Positions 39,718 to 54,394 of a stretch of 64,000 nt of DNA are shown here, in pieces. Under the pieces are notes generated by a model that did no database searches, was not told the DNA's origin, and worked only from the letters and a program-made list of their open reading frames with translations. Numbering within the stretch: position 1 is the first letter of the stretch; every line of letters begins with the position of its first letter. The DNA is from Eledone cirrhosa (Eukaryota). Location of the stretch: the NCBI GenBank assembly GCA_964016885.1, contig OZ024747.1:92566001-92630000 (forward strand), in the 5' to 3' direction. A program made the position numbers and the translations under genes.

Positions 39718-40605
39718 CGAGATGTGTCAGAAAGGTTCCAGAACTGATGTCACAAAAGATTTATTTCAAACCCAAACTTCACACTAAGAGGTTTCTCCTT
39801 CAAAGTAATCCCCCTGGAGTATGTAGCTGTAACCTTAGCTCTCTGCAGCGATCAAACTTTTTTCTTCATAATTTTATATACATGTCCTCTGTTTCAAGCA
39901 ATGAACACAGAGCAACGAATAAACTTGAAAACTCCGTCAGATGCACTGGGATTGCTGCAGCAAGTGTATGGAGTTGAGACGATGTCACGCTCACGTGTTT
40001 TTGAGTGGTGCAAGAGGTTTAAAGAAGGACGCGAGGACGTGGAATATGACCCCAGGAGCGGAAGGCCCTCAACAACCAGAACTGAGGTCAACGTTGAGCG
40101 CGTCAGGCAGATGGTGCGTAGCGATCGTCGGCTGACTGATCGACTGATGGCAAATGAGCTGGGTATGAATCGGGACAGCGTCTGGAAGATTCTCACTGAA
40201 GATTTGGACATGCAGAAAGTCTGCGCGAAGATGTTGCCAACACTGCTGAACGATGACCAGAAGGGTCGACGCATGGAAGTGTGCCAGGACATCCTCGAGC
40301 GTCTTGAAACCGAACCAGACTTGCTAGGGACAGTCATCACCGGTGATGAGTCATGGATCTTCAAGTACGACCCGGAGGGGACCCATTTTGAAGACGTGGA
40401 CGACATCAAAAAGGCCGTGACGACGGAACTGCGGAGGATCCCGGAAGAATCCTTCCAGGAGTACATGCAAGCATGGCAGAAAACGATGGAAAGATGCATT
40501 AGACTCCAGGGGGATTACTTTGAAGGAGAAACCTATTAGTGTGAAGTTTGGGTTTGAAATAAATCTTTTGTGACATCAGTCCTGGAACTTTTCTGACCCA
40601 CCTCG
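39718..40605 (+). mobile_element. Internally deleted mariner transposon
   Basis: TA|CGAG...CTCG|TA, ~103-bp imperfect TIRs, inserted in (TA)n. Confidence 0.93.
39901..40539 (+). pseudogene. Mariner transposase with in-frame deletion of most of the DDD domain
   Basis: HTH region (VFEWCKRFKEGRE..PRSGRP), VITGDESWIFKYDPE fused directly to the C-terminal F..VDDIK...CIRLQGDYFE; HDNA and YSPDL motifs absent. Confidence 0.9.
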
Positions 40606-40627
40606 TATATATTTATATATATATATA

Positions 40628-40714
<87 letters not shown>

Positions 40715-40873
40715 GTGTATATATATATATTTATATATATACATATATATATATATATGTATATATGTGTATATATATATATTTATGTATATACATATAT
40801 ATATATATATATTTATGTATATACATATATATATATATATATTTATGTATATACATATATATATATATTTATG

Positions 40874-40940
<67 letters not shown>

Positions 40941-40946
40941 ATATAT

Positions 40947-41082
<136 letters not shown>

Positions 41083-41308
41083 GCCAACACAAGATCAAGA
41101 ATGAAGCTGTTCATTCTACTGACAACTTTTAAAATGAGGCTTGTTTACATAATTACAAACGAATTGAATGTTAATCCAACCGAGGTTAACTTTGCCTTTC
41201 ATCCTTACAGGGTCGATAAAATAAAGTACCAGTAATGTACTGGGATAATTGATGGCCTTGTGCTAAAAGTATTAACAATTATTAATATTCGAAAAACTCA
41301 GATTACAT

Positions 41309-41412
<104 letters not shown>

Positions 41413-41413
41413 A

Positions 41414-41466
<53 letters not shown>

Positions 41467-41515
41467 ATATATATATAAACAAATTCAGAAACGAAATATA
41501 TATACATATTTATAC

Positions 41516-41554
<39 letters not shown>

Positions 41555-41721
41555 CACATATACACATATACACATATAATTTAACAAAAACAGAAAATAT
41601 TCTTAGTAGGGACACATACATACATACACTTCGTGTTAGTAATTGTTTTACAAGATTCCTAATATGAAATGTGGTGTTGAGGTCAACTGGTGCATGTGTT
41701 TTATTAGCAGCATGGCCCTCC

Positions 41722-41764
<43 letters not shown>

Positions 41765-41933
41765 TAACCCCCCCCCCCCTCATCACAGTTCTATTTTTGT
41801 TTCATAAGAACTGTGAAACCGTTGAAGGAAACAAATAAATTTTCTTAAAAAGACTCCAATTGCATTTTCGATTTCATCTTTTTTCCTTATATATAAATAT
41901 GTGTGTCTGTGTGTAAATGTGTGTGTGTGTGTA

Positions 41934-41964
<31 letters not shown>

Positions 41965-42159
41965 ATGCGTGTGTGCGTATTTATGTTTAAGTATGTGGCT
42001 GTGTTTGTATTTCCCGTTATCTAGCAGTTCGATAAAATAAGTACGAGACTTGAAAATATAAACACTGATCCACTTCTTCAATACAGTGCCCAAGCATGGC
42101 CGTAGACTGACAAGTGAAATGAGTTAAAGAAAAAAAGAAATATATATATGTATGTATAT

Positions 42160-42190
<31 letters not shown>

Positions 42191-42833
42191 ATAAGGGAAC
42201 AAAGAATCAGTATTGCATAATATATATAATATATATAATATAAATAATATAAAATAATAATATATAGTTTCTTAAGGCTAAGTGCTGAGCCTTGTTATTC
42301 TGGAGTTTCACTTGTCTAATCATAGGATGATCTCATCTAATGATCCTGTTATTACACACGTGAATCTCTTGAGCAGAGATTCTCAAAGTAAGCACTAGCG
42401 CCACCTGGACGGCGATCCGAAGGTCCAGGGGGCGGTGGAAGAGAGGCTATAGAGATGATATGATAGTATATTAAATATCAAATGATACATATTATATATA
42501 AATATAGCAAAATAAAAAAATATATATATTTATTTATACATAGTATATACTATAGTATTATTATATATAATAATACTATATTGTTATATATAAATTAATG
42601 ATTATATTTATTATATATTATTTACAATTTGCGTGTAGGCAAGTTTCTCTGGAAACTCTGGGAGGGGCGGGGGTCGCTGAGCGTCTTACGTGGCCGTGAG
42701 GGTTGTGGCCCAAGACGTTTGACAACCTCTGGTCTTGAGTATCAAAGATCATCACTAAGTCTTAAATAATAATATAGAATATCCCCAAAAATTCTGCTTC
42801 GGAATTGAGTGTTCATTCTCACATCCGTCAGCA

Positions 42834-42887
<54 letters not shown>

Positions 42888-42905
42888 GTATATCTATATA
42901 TATAT

Positions 42906-43097
42906 AGGAAAAGTATGACCCCGGCGGCAGAGCTCAAGCCGTTTCGACGGCTATTTCTGGACGCGGAAATAGCCGTCGAAACGGCTTGAGCTCTGCCGTC
43001 GGGGTCATACATTTTTCCTATTTCCCACTCTACTACCCTAAGTATTGAGTACTCTGGTGCGTTATGGTCCATCTGGTTTCTTGCCACATTTCCTTTG

Positions 43098-43100
<3 letters not shown>
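42906..43100. mobile_element. Family B fold-back
   Basis: Palindrome centred at ~42962 plus tail. Confidence 0.82.
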
Positions 43101-43164
<64 letters not shown>

Positions 43165-43167
<3 letters not shown>

Positions 43168-43337
43168 CGAAGGAAATGTGGTAAGGAACCAGGTGGACCA
43201 TAACGCACCAAAGTACTCAATACTTGAGGTAGTAGAGTGGGTAATAGGAACCAGTAAGACCCCGACAGCTGAGCTCAAGCCGTTTTAGAATTAGCCGTCG
43301 AAACGGCTTGAGCTCAGCTGTCGGGGTCTTACTGGTT

Positions 43338-43395
<58 letters not shown>

Positions 43396-43521
43396 AACGA
43401 GTAGGACCCCGACGGCTGAGCTCAAGCCGTTTCGACGGCTAATTCTGGACTAAAATGTACCCTAAGTATTGAGTACTTTGGTGCGTTATGGTCCACCTGG
43501 TTCCTTATCACATTTCCTTCG

Positions 43522-43557
<36 letters not shown>

Positions 43558-43709
43558 GAATATAAAAGAGAGATAAACACAGATAAAAACATAAATGTGT
43601 TCAAATCGCAAGAGATTAGAACACATTTATACATTTATACATCAGTACATTTTAGTCCAGAATTAGCCGTCGAAACGGCTTGAGCTCAGCCGTCGGGGTC
43701 CTACTCGTT

Positions 43710-43807
<98 letters not shown>

Positions 43808-43977
43808 AACCAGTAAGACCCCGACAGCTGAGCTCAAGCCGTTTCGACGGCTAATTCTAAAACGGCTTGAGCTCAGCTGTCGGGGTCTTACTGGTTCCTA
43901 TTACCCACTCTACTACCTCAAGTATTGAGTACTTTGGTGCGTTATGGTCCACCTGGTTCCTTACCACATTTCCTTCG

Positions 43978-43981
<4 letters not shown>
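43165..43981. repeat. Nested inverted duplication of family B elements
   Basis: 43165-43460 is the reverse complement of 43645-43981 apart from the internal (TA)n length. Confidence 0.9.
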
Positions 43982-44020
<39 letters not shown>

Positions 44021-44100
44021 GAGTGATAATTCAATAATGATGAACTGCAAATTAGCGGTGAAACATGTACAAACAGATTATGAAAATGTTTTTCCTACCT

Positions 44101-44172
<72 letters not shown>

Positions 44173-44202
44173 ATGTTTGTGGGTATGTGTGTGTGTGTGT
44201 GC

Positions 44203-44234
<32 letters not shown>

Positions 44235-44292
44235 GTATATGTTCATTTTATAATAGAAATGACTTCCAAAACAATATGTATATGTGTAAATG

Positions 44293-44353
<61 letters not shown>

Positions 44354-44382
44354 ACATACCCACACACATATATATATGTATG

Positions 44383-44436
<54 letters not shown>

Positions 44437-44564
44437 TATACACACACACATACACACACACATCCTATAATTCTACAGGCCTAGAACTGTTTGATTCGTA
44501 AGAAATCATCTTTTCTAACGAATGAATCAGAGGTCGGCTTCCGAGTTATATTAGGATCCTACAC

Positions 44565-44617
<53 letters not shown>

Positions 44618-44639
44618 TTGTATACATATATACATATAA

Positions 44640-44926
44640 AAAAAAAGTATGTCTTAAGCCAGAAGGCTCATTTGGCCGGTGCTTATCCTGGTTTCATGGC
44701 GTGAGGCGACTGAGAGTACAAGACCCCCCCCCCCCCCACCCTGGACAGGACGCCAGTCCATCACAGGGTTAAACCCCCAGCCATTGCTGGTACTCATTTC
44801 CAGCTGAGTATACTGGAGCAACGTGAAATGAAGTGTCTTGCTCAAGAACACAACACGCAACCCAGGAATCGAACCCACGACATTATGATCGTCAATCCAA
44901 CACCCTTAGCAATAGGTCACGTGCCT
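44640..44926 (-). mobile_element. tRNA-derived SINE
   Basis: Reverse complement of 45509-45790. Confidence 0.88.
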
Positions 44927-45030
44927 ATATATATATATACATATATATATACATATATATAGACATATATATATAGACATATACTTATATATATATATAT
45001 ATATACATATATAACATATATTTATATACA

Positions 45031-45087
<57 letters not shown>

Positions 45088-45161
45088 GTGTGTGTGTGTG
45101 TGTATATATGTATATATATCTATATGTATGTATGTATATTTATATATAGATATATATACAT

Positions 45162-45193
<32 letters not shown>

Positions 45194-45226
45194 GTGTGTC
45201 TCTCTCTATATATATATGTATATATG

Positions 45227-45320
<94 letters not shown>

Positions 45321-45338
45321 AATATATGTTATATATGT

Positions 45339-45413
<75 letters not shown>

Positions 45414-45508
45414 TGTATATATGTATATATATAAGTATATGTATATGTATATATATGTATATATATATATGTATATATATATATGTATATATGTATATAT
45501 TTATATAA

Positions 45509-45790
45509 TGGAGGCACGTGACCTAGTGGTAAGGGTGTTGGATTGACGATCATAATGTCGTGGGTTCGATTCCTGGGTTGCGTGTTGTGTTCTTGAGCAA
45601 GACACTTCATTTCACGTTGCTCCAGTATACTCAGCTGGAAATGAGTACCAGCAATGGCTGGGGGTTTAACCCTGTGATGGACTGGCGTCCTGTCCAGGGT
45701 GGGGGGTGGGTCTTGTACTCTCAGTCGCCTCACGCCATGAAACCAGGATAAGCACCGGCCAAATGAGTCTTCTGGCTTAAGACATACTTT
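45509..45790 (+). mobile_element. tRNA-derived SINE
   Basis: TGACCTAGTGG A box, GGTTCGATTCC B box, CTTGAGCAAGACACTT core, CCTGTGATGGACTGGCGTCCTGTCCAGGG domain. Confidence 0.88.
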
Positions 45791-45816
45791 TTTTTTATAT
45801 GTATATATGTATACAA

Positions 45817-45854
<38 letters not shown>

Positions 45855-46069
45855 TTAAATTGAGTCCAGATGCATCACTGATTTTTAGTTTTATATTATA
45901 TCACACTCTGCTCTGTAAGAACATAGAGTGCTCAACTGGCATACCGCCTATGGAAGCATCATAGCTACCATTAAGCACACATATATATATGTATATAAAT
46001 GTATATATATATATGTATATATGTACATATATATGTATATATGTACGTATATATGTATATATGTACATA

Positions 46070-46106
<37 letters not shown>

Positions 46107-46214
46107 ATATATATATACCCACACATATGCTGTAACCTTCAAAGTACGCCTTAAAAAGCTACTACTTATATGTCTTCCTCTAAAGGAACATATCTCTCTC
46201 TCTATCTATCTAGC

Positions 46215-47355
46215 TCTTCCAACGGAGGGCTGGGAGTACTGTGGCTGACGATGCGCAAACACGCACTCAGACTGCCACATCTCTACGTATTCCTCACCGG
46301 ACAACCGGTGTGGGCCCCGTGCGTGAGGCGAGCCTTCCCACGACTCGTCTCGCTGACCGAGCTGCAGTCCTGGGTCAAGCAAAGACCGAGGAAAATGGGC
46401 GACTGGCACATCGAATGTGCTCAGGCGCTCACAGCCCTCTGGCAGGCGGACCCGGCGATCAGTGGAGACTCCACTTCCTCATTCTATAGAGGGTTGATCG
46501 GCAGCAAGTGCGACGACGCACTCGGAGAAACTGTAGGCGTAGAGGAAGACGAACTGGCCAGTCTGTTCAGTAGGACCTTCCGCCCGGGACCGATGGACAA
46601 CTTCCAAAAGTCCCTGGCCTGGCAGTGCTACCGAGGGCTCTACCAGTTCGAGACAAGCTCTACAGACATGGGCGCCCGGGCAGGGACCCTTCGAAAAAGA
46701 TCTTTCCGAGAGGCGTGCAAGACGAAGAAACCGTCGCGCACGCATTCATACACTGCCCGCCATTACCGACCTGTGGGGCTATGTAGAACGACTATTGTCG
46801 CGGGTGGGACCAATCAGGTTGACCACCGAGTCCATTGTCATGATCAAACCACCACCCTCCTTCAAAAACGAAGGAGAGGCGGTTTTCCTTTGTGTGATAG
46901 CTATGGCGAAAGAGGTTATATGGTGGACGAGGTTGAAAGGGCTGAGGTCAGACACCTTTCTCTCCGGCCAACAGCTGATTCTTTTTTTTCAAATACCACT
47001 TTGGAAGAAGAATCAGGATGGAGAGAGAGGTGCTGTACCCCAGCAAGTTTTATGAAAGGTGGGTGAAAGTGGCGAGAATGGCCCGAGTGAATGGCCCTTC
47101 TCTCTATATCAGCCTGTAGGTTGAGGAAAAAGAGGAAGAGAGGAAGGGGGTACAAACTCTTCGTATTCATGGAGATGAGGGCTACACATTTTTTCGGGGG
47201 TATGTGTTACCCATATGAAATGTTTCCCCCTATTGGGGAAAATCGATTAATTTTTAAATTACATTTGTGATAGCATTTTACACGTTTTTATTGTATGTAA
47301 ACTTCCCCCTTTGTATTTGTCCCCTTCTTTTGTGCCCCTGTGGCTAATAAAGAAA
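46215..47355 (+). mobile_element. L1/Tx1-like LINE 3' fragment, frameshifted
   Basis: GC-rich island; AWQCYRG / LPVRDKLYRHG / DEETVAHAFIHCP (zf-RVT-like) / AKEVIWWTR; 3' UTR ending CTGTGGCTAATAAAGAAA. Confidence 0.78.
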
Positions 47356-47830
47356 CATATCTATATATCTAGCTCTTTATAAACATACATACGCACATTG
47401 TGAGCTTCAGACTGTTGTGTGTGTGTTTGTTTTGTGTGTCTGTATGTGTGTGTGTGTGTGTGCGTGTGTTCGTCTGCCTTAAAAGTTCTTTATAAACATA
47501 CATCCGCACATTGTGAGCTTTAGACTGTGTGTGTGTGTGTGTGTTTGTTTGTGTGTGTGTATGTGTGTGCGTGTGTGTGCGTGTGTTCGTCTGCCTTAAA
47601 AGTTGACATTTCCAGTCGACAGCTGATGCAGGGATGTCCCGTAGTGTAAGCTATATTTAGTGCCTAATGAAAATAACAATATATATCTATATATATATAT
47701 ACATGAATGTGCATACACATGGAATTGTATATGAGTATATATGAATATACATAAATGTAATGTATGTATGTATACATGTATGTATGTATGTGTATGTATA
47801 TATGTATGAATGTATATGTATATATGTACA

Positions 47831-47888
<58 letters not shown>

Positions 47889-48015
47889 GAGAGAGAGAGG
47901 GGGGATCGAATAGGTGATGGGTAGATATTTTGATAAATAGATGATAGATAGGTATATACATGCACAAATAGATGTGTATGTTAATATATATATACACACA
48001 TATATATATATAAGT

Positions 48016-48478
<463 letters not shown>

Positions 48479-48494
48479 GATATATATGTATGTG

Positions 48495-48743
<249 letters not shown>

Positions 48744-48911
48744 GTATATAAAATAACAGGAGGTTGGACTGGTGTACTTCCTTGAAAGGTTTCTATCCAG
48801 TGGTAAACCAACAAACCTAAAATAATATATATATATATGTATATATATATGTATTTATATATATGTATATATATATGTATTTATATATATATGTATATAT
48901 ATATGTATATA

Positions 48912-48966
<55 letters not shown>

Positions 48967-48984
48967 ACATATATAACATATATT

Positions 48985-49043
<59 letters not shown>

Positions 49044-49128
49044 AGGTTTTTTATATGAAATCCTGTGTCGAAACAGATATTGTTAGTATTACTGCCAATA
49101 TTATAACAATATGACCCTCCCCAAGTAT

Positions 49129-49208
<80 letters not shown>

Positions 49209-49238
49209 GAAAGGTATAGAAAGTATTGTAGCAAGAAG

Positions 49239-49321
<83 letters not shown>

Positions 49322-49501
49322 TTCTAGCCGTTTATTCCTGTCCTTTGAGGTAAGATTGTACCCGACGCCGTCATTAATGGCATTTTGCTGGTCTTGCAGC
49401 TATCCCTGCATTGAGTTTTTCTCATTATTCTACATATATATTCTACGGGATCGATAAAATAAAGTACCAGTAATGCAATGATTTAAGTGTTCGCCGTGTA
49501 T

Positions 49502-49593
<92 letters not shown>

Positions 49594-49711
49594 ACAAATA
49601 ACAATGAGAGTGTGGTAAGATACCAAATGGATGATACGCACGACGATACTTGGGGTAGAAACACAAGTAATATGAAAAAATCAGATTTAAACTGAACTTT
49701 GATTATTGTAA

Positions 49712-49745
<34 letters not shown>

Positions 49746-49774
49746 CTATATATATATATATATACTGTATATGT

Positions 49775-49830
<56 letters not shown>

Positions 49831-49861
49831 TGTATATATATATATATATATATATATTTAT

Positions 49862-50068
49862 AGTAATAATAATAAATGTGAAGACTAAAATCTAAAGAGG
49901 GCTCGATAAGGATAAATATATATCGAATATATAAGAACCCTAGAGCAAATATTTAATAAAATAACAGATTAAAGTTTAAGCAAAGAATCGCTGCGTTCGC
50001 CCATAACCCTTTGAGAAGATCCTGTTAAGGGTGAAAGCAGCGATTCTTTGCTTAAACTTTAATCGGTT

Positions 50069-50072
<4 letters not shown>
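49862..50072. mobile_element. Family F fold-back with hammerhead-like core
   Basis: TTGAGAA-GATCC..GGGT-GAAAGCA..TGCTT at 50011-50055; homologs at 37495-37566, 61299-61503, 62815-63075. Confidence 0.65.
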
Positions 50073-50138
<66 letters not shown>

Positions 50139-50240
50139 TAAGCCAGGAAAAGAATACTCCAATAAATCTATGATTTAATATTTTTTTTTTAAAGTTTGCT
50201 TCAGTTTTTTTTAATATAAAATATTGAATAAATCTTGAAT

Positions 50241-50594
50241 CATTATATAAACTGTGTATATAAGAAACCATTATATAAACTGTGTATATAAGAAACCATT
50301 ATATAAACTGTGTTTATAAGAAACCATTATATAAACTGTGTATATAAGAAACCATTATATAAACTGTGTTTATAAGAAACCATTATATAAACTGTGTTTG
50401 TAAGAAACCATTATATAAACTGTGTATATAAGAAACCATTATATAAACTGTGTATATAAGAAACCATTATATAAACTGTGTTTATAAGAAACCATTATAT
50501 AAACTGTGTTTATAAGAAACCATTATATAAACTGTGTATATAAGAAACCATTATATAAACTGTGTATATAAGAAACCATTATATAAACTGTGTA
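50241..50594. repeat. 28-bp minisatellite, ~12.5 copies
   Basis: Unit CATTATATAAACTGTGT[A/T]TATAAGAAAC. Confidence 0.95.
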
Positions 50595-50607
50595 TGACTG
50601 TAATCTT

Positions 50608-50815
50608 AATTTTCTTTTATGCTTTATGCTTTATAATATAAAGTTTATATTATATCTTGTGTTACATTTTGTCCCAGCATGGCCTCAACCGGATGGCTGG
50701 AACAGGTATATTATAATTTTCTTTTATGCTTTATGCTTTATAATATAAAGTTTATATTATATCTTGTGTTACATTTTGTCCCAGCATGGCCTCAACCGGA
50801 TGGCCGGAACAGGTA
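50608..50815. repeat. 107-bp tandem duplication
   Basis: GTCCCAGCATGG at 50671 and 50778. Confidence 0.9.
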
Positions 50816-50891
50816 AAAAAGTAGTAGAGTTATTTCGTGTTTTATCAAATTAATCTATTAATATTTTAACTTCCTTGACCCTACTCTCGAA

Positions 50892-50937
<46 letters not shown>

Positions 50938-51008
50938 CAACTACACAGCCATTTCTATTCTCCATATATTTTATATATATTATATATATATTCATATATA
51001 TACGTATA

Positions 51009-51054
<46 letters not shown>

Positions 51055-51065
51055 TATATATATAT

Positions 51066-51325
51066 ATAACAAAGAATTGTGGTAAGGAACCAGATGGACC
51101 ATTAACGCACCAGAGTACTCAATACTTAGGGTAGTAGAGTGGGTAATAGGAAAAAGTATTACCCCGACGGCTATTTCTGGACTCAGTCCAGAAATAGTCG
51201 CCGAAACGGCTTGAGCTCTGCCGTCGGGGTCATATTTTTTCCTATTTCCCACTCTACTACCCTAAGTATTGAGTACTTTGGTGCGTTATGGTCCATCTGG
51301 TTCCTTACCACAATTCCTTTGTTTT
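51066..51325. mobile_element. Family B fold-back with tails on both arms
   Basis: Inverted tails, centre ~51183. Confidence 0.83.
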
Positions 51326-52188
51326 ATATATATATATACTTATATATATATATATACTTATATATATATATACTTTTTCCTATATATATATATATATATA
51401 TATTCATATATATATTATTGATATTTATATATATATATAAACGGAAAAAATGAAACGAAATTTCATTTCCCACTCTTAGTACGGCTGTTACTTAAATATA
51501 AGTATGTACACGTACATACATATATGCATACATACGTACAGTAGTATGTATATATATATATATACATACATGCACACATATATTGTTCAACAAACGAGCA
51601 ACGATGGTTGCTAGACACTACGGCTTAATACGGGATGTTTGTTTACAAACACACCGAGCATTATAATAAATGTTCGGTGAATCCATACGTACATATATAT
51701 ATGTGTGCATGTATGTATATATATATATATATACATACTACTGTACGTCTGTATGCATATATGTATGTACGTGTACATACTTATATATATATATTACATA
51801 TATTCAAATATATATATATTATATATATTCATATATATATATATATTTTATATATATTCATATATTTATATATATATACATTTATATCTATATATATTTA
51901 TTTATATATATGTTTTCTATATTGTATATCTATATTCATATATATATATATATTTTTTTTTATATATATATATATAATATTCATATATATATATTTATAT
52001 ATATATTATATATATTCATATATATATATTTATATATATGTTATCTATATTGTTATCTATATTCATATATATATATATATTTATATACATATATATATGT
52101 TATCTATATATATAATTTTATATAAATGAAAAGTATAGAAATTATTGTAGCGAGAAGCTAACAGTATTCCATTCATATATGTTATCTA

Positions 52189-52249
<61 letters not shown>

Positions 52250-52629
52250 CTGTCCAGCTCGACATTTATTGTCACCTCTATATATACTGAAGTCTACATG
52301 CAAACCCTTGTGGCTAATAAAAATAAAACATTGACATCGTGTACAAGTCTTGTATTTACATCTACTACAACACTTGTTATATTATTTATTTAATTACATA
52401 TGTCAACTGAATAAAATGTGACACTTTTCTCGAGTATATATTTTTTAGACTGGCTAGAATTGTCTTTTTTTTTATTTTTTAGTTTGTTTTGCTGTGATTA
52501 TGTTTCTGTTCATGAAATGCAGGGATGGTAGAAATATTTCTGAATTGGCGGCATGTTGGGGTGTGGGCCGAATTTAGTCAATTTAGTTGTAGTAATTAGT
52601 TTAGCTGTCATTATCAGATATCAACCAGA

Positions 52630-52840
52630 GGGTGGTGGATTGACAGTATCGGTAGAGAGTCGGACACCATGCTTTGCAGCATAGAGTTACGGCCCTTTAC
52701 GGTCTGAGTTCAAATCCCGCCGAGGTTAACTTTGTTTTTCATCCTTACATAAAATAAAGTACCAGTAAGGTACTGGGGTTGATTTAATCAACTTCCCCTC
52801 CCTCCAAGTTACGGGCCTGGTGCTTATACTAGAAACCATT
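52630..52840 (+). mobile_element. tRNA-derived SINE (8879 family); second decayed copy at ~53020-53200
   Basis: GGTGGTGGATTGACAG head, GAGTTCAAATCCC. Confidence 0.82.
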
Positions 52841-53418
52841 AGCAGATATCAACTAAATAAAAGATAAAAATAAAAAAATTTCGATATGCGATAAACATAA
52901 CATGTACATAAATTGTAGCACATATGCAAATAGATGTGTGTTTTGGTAGTTTGGGGAGAAAAATATAATTATTTGGGGGTGTTGTCCCCCATCCCTGGCA
53001 CACTAATTACACCACCCCTGAATTGGAAGAATCGCTAGAGCGTCGGACTAAATCTATTGCGTCATTTGAACCGAAATCTTTACGCTAACAGTTCAAATCC
53101 CGCTGAGGTTAACTTTGCCTTTTATCCTTACGGGGGTCAATAGAAAAAAGTTAATAGTTCCGTATAGGGTCGATATAATTGATTATCCCCCACCCCTCTA
53201 ATTGTGGGTGTATATCTAAAAACATAAACCACATTCTCTGTGAGTCTATCAGTCTGTCAGTATGTATGCATGTGTATGTGTGTACATATGTATGTATGTA
53301 TGCATATATGTAGTATGAATGTGTGTATGTATGTATGTATGTATGTACGTATGTAGTATGTTTTTTTTTCTCGTGCAATGGCCAAACTCGATAACGAGGG
53401 GGCAGCCATCATCGTGTA

Positions 53419-53484
<66 letters not shown>

Positions 53485-53959
53485 GTACGTATGTAGTATG
53501 TATGTAGAATGTATGTATGTATGTATGTAGTATCTATGTAGGTATGTATGTACATATGTAGTATCTATGTATATATATATATATGTATGTATGTATTATC
53601 TATGTATATATGTAGTATCTATGTAGTATCTATGTATATATATGTAGTATCTATGTATATATATATATATGTATGTATGTATGTACGTATGTAGTATGTA
53701 TGTAGAATGTATGTATGTATGTATGTAGTATCTATGTAGGTATGTATGTACATATGTAGTATCTATGTACATATGCATGTATCTATGTGTGTATGTGTGT
53801 ATTTATGTATGTATGCGTGTATATACGTACGTACAAATATATGTATGCATGTATGTATAATATGTATATACGTACGTACGTACATATGTAATATATATGT
53901 ATGTATTTAAGTATGTATGTATATGTATGTGTATTCAAGTATCTATGTGTGTCTGTATT

Positions 53960-54340
53960 TCTCATCCCCCCTCCCTCACTCTCTCTCTCCTTCCCCCTCC
54001 CTCACTCTCTCTCTCTTCTCATTTCCCTTCCCTCACTCTCTCTCTCTCTCATTCCCCTTCCCTCCCTCTCTCTCCTTCTCACCCCCTCCCTCCCTCTCTC
54101 TCCTTCTCATCCCCCTCCCTCACTCTCTCCTTCTCACCCCCTCCCTCACTCTCTCTCTCTCTTTCTCATTGCCCCTCCCTCACTCTCTCTCTTCTCATTC
54201 CCTCTCCCTAAATCTCTCTCTCTTTCCTTCTCACCCCCTCCCCCACTCTCTCCTCCTTCTCATTCCCCCTCCCTCACTCTCTCTCTCCTTCTCATCCCCC
54301 CCTCTCTCTCCTTCTCATTCCCCCTCCCTCACTCTCTCTG
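53960..54340. repeat. Polypyrimidine (CT-rich) degenerate minisatellite
   Basis: Recurrent TCTCATTCCCCCTCCCTCACTCTCTC-like units. Confidence 0.9.
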
Positions 54341-54394
54341 TCGGATGTGTTCAGACATAGAGAGGGACTAGCCAGGGCTTACGGGACTGTTCAT

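Noticed and set aside
39894-40499. 201-aa minus-strand ORF
   Set aside because: Antisense shadow of the mariner transposase
45509-45580. Functional tRNA gene
   Set aside because: The tRNA-like head continues into SINE core and tail; no clean cloverleaf or terminator
46170-47066. 298-aa ORF as an intact gene
   Set aside because: LINE motifs switch frame at ~46640, so this is a decayed L1/Tx1 fragment
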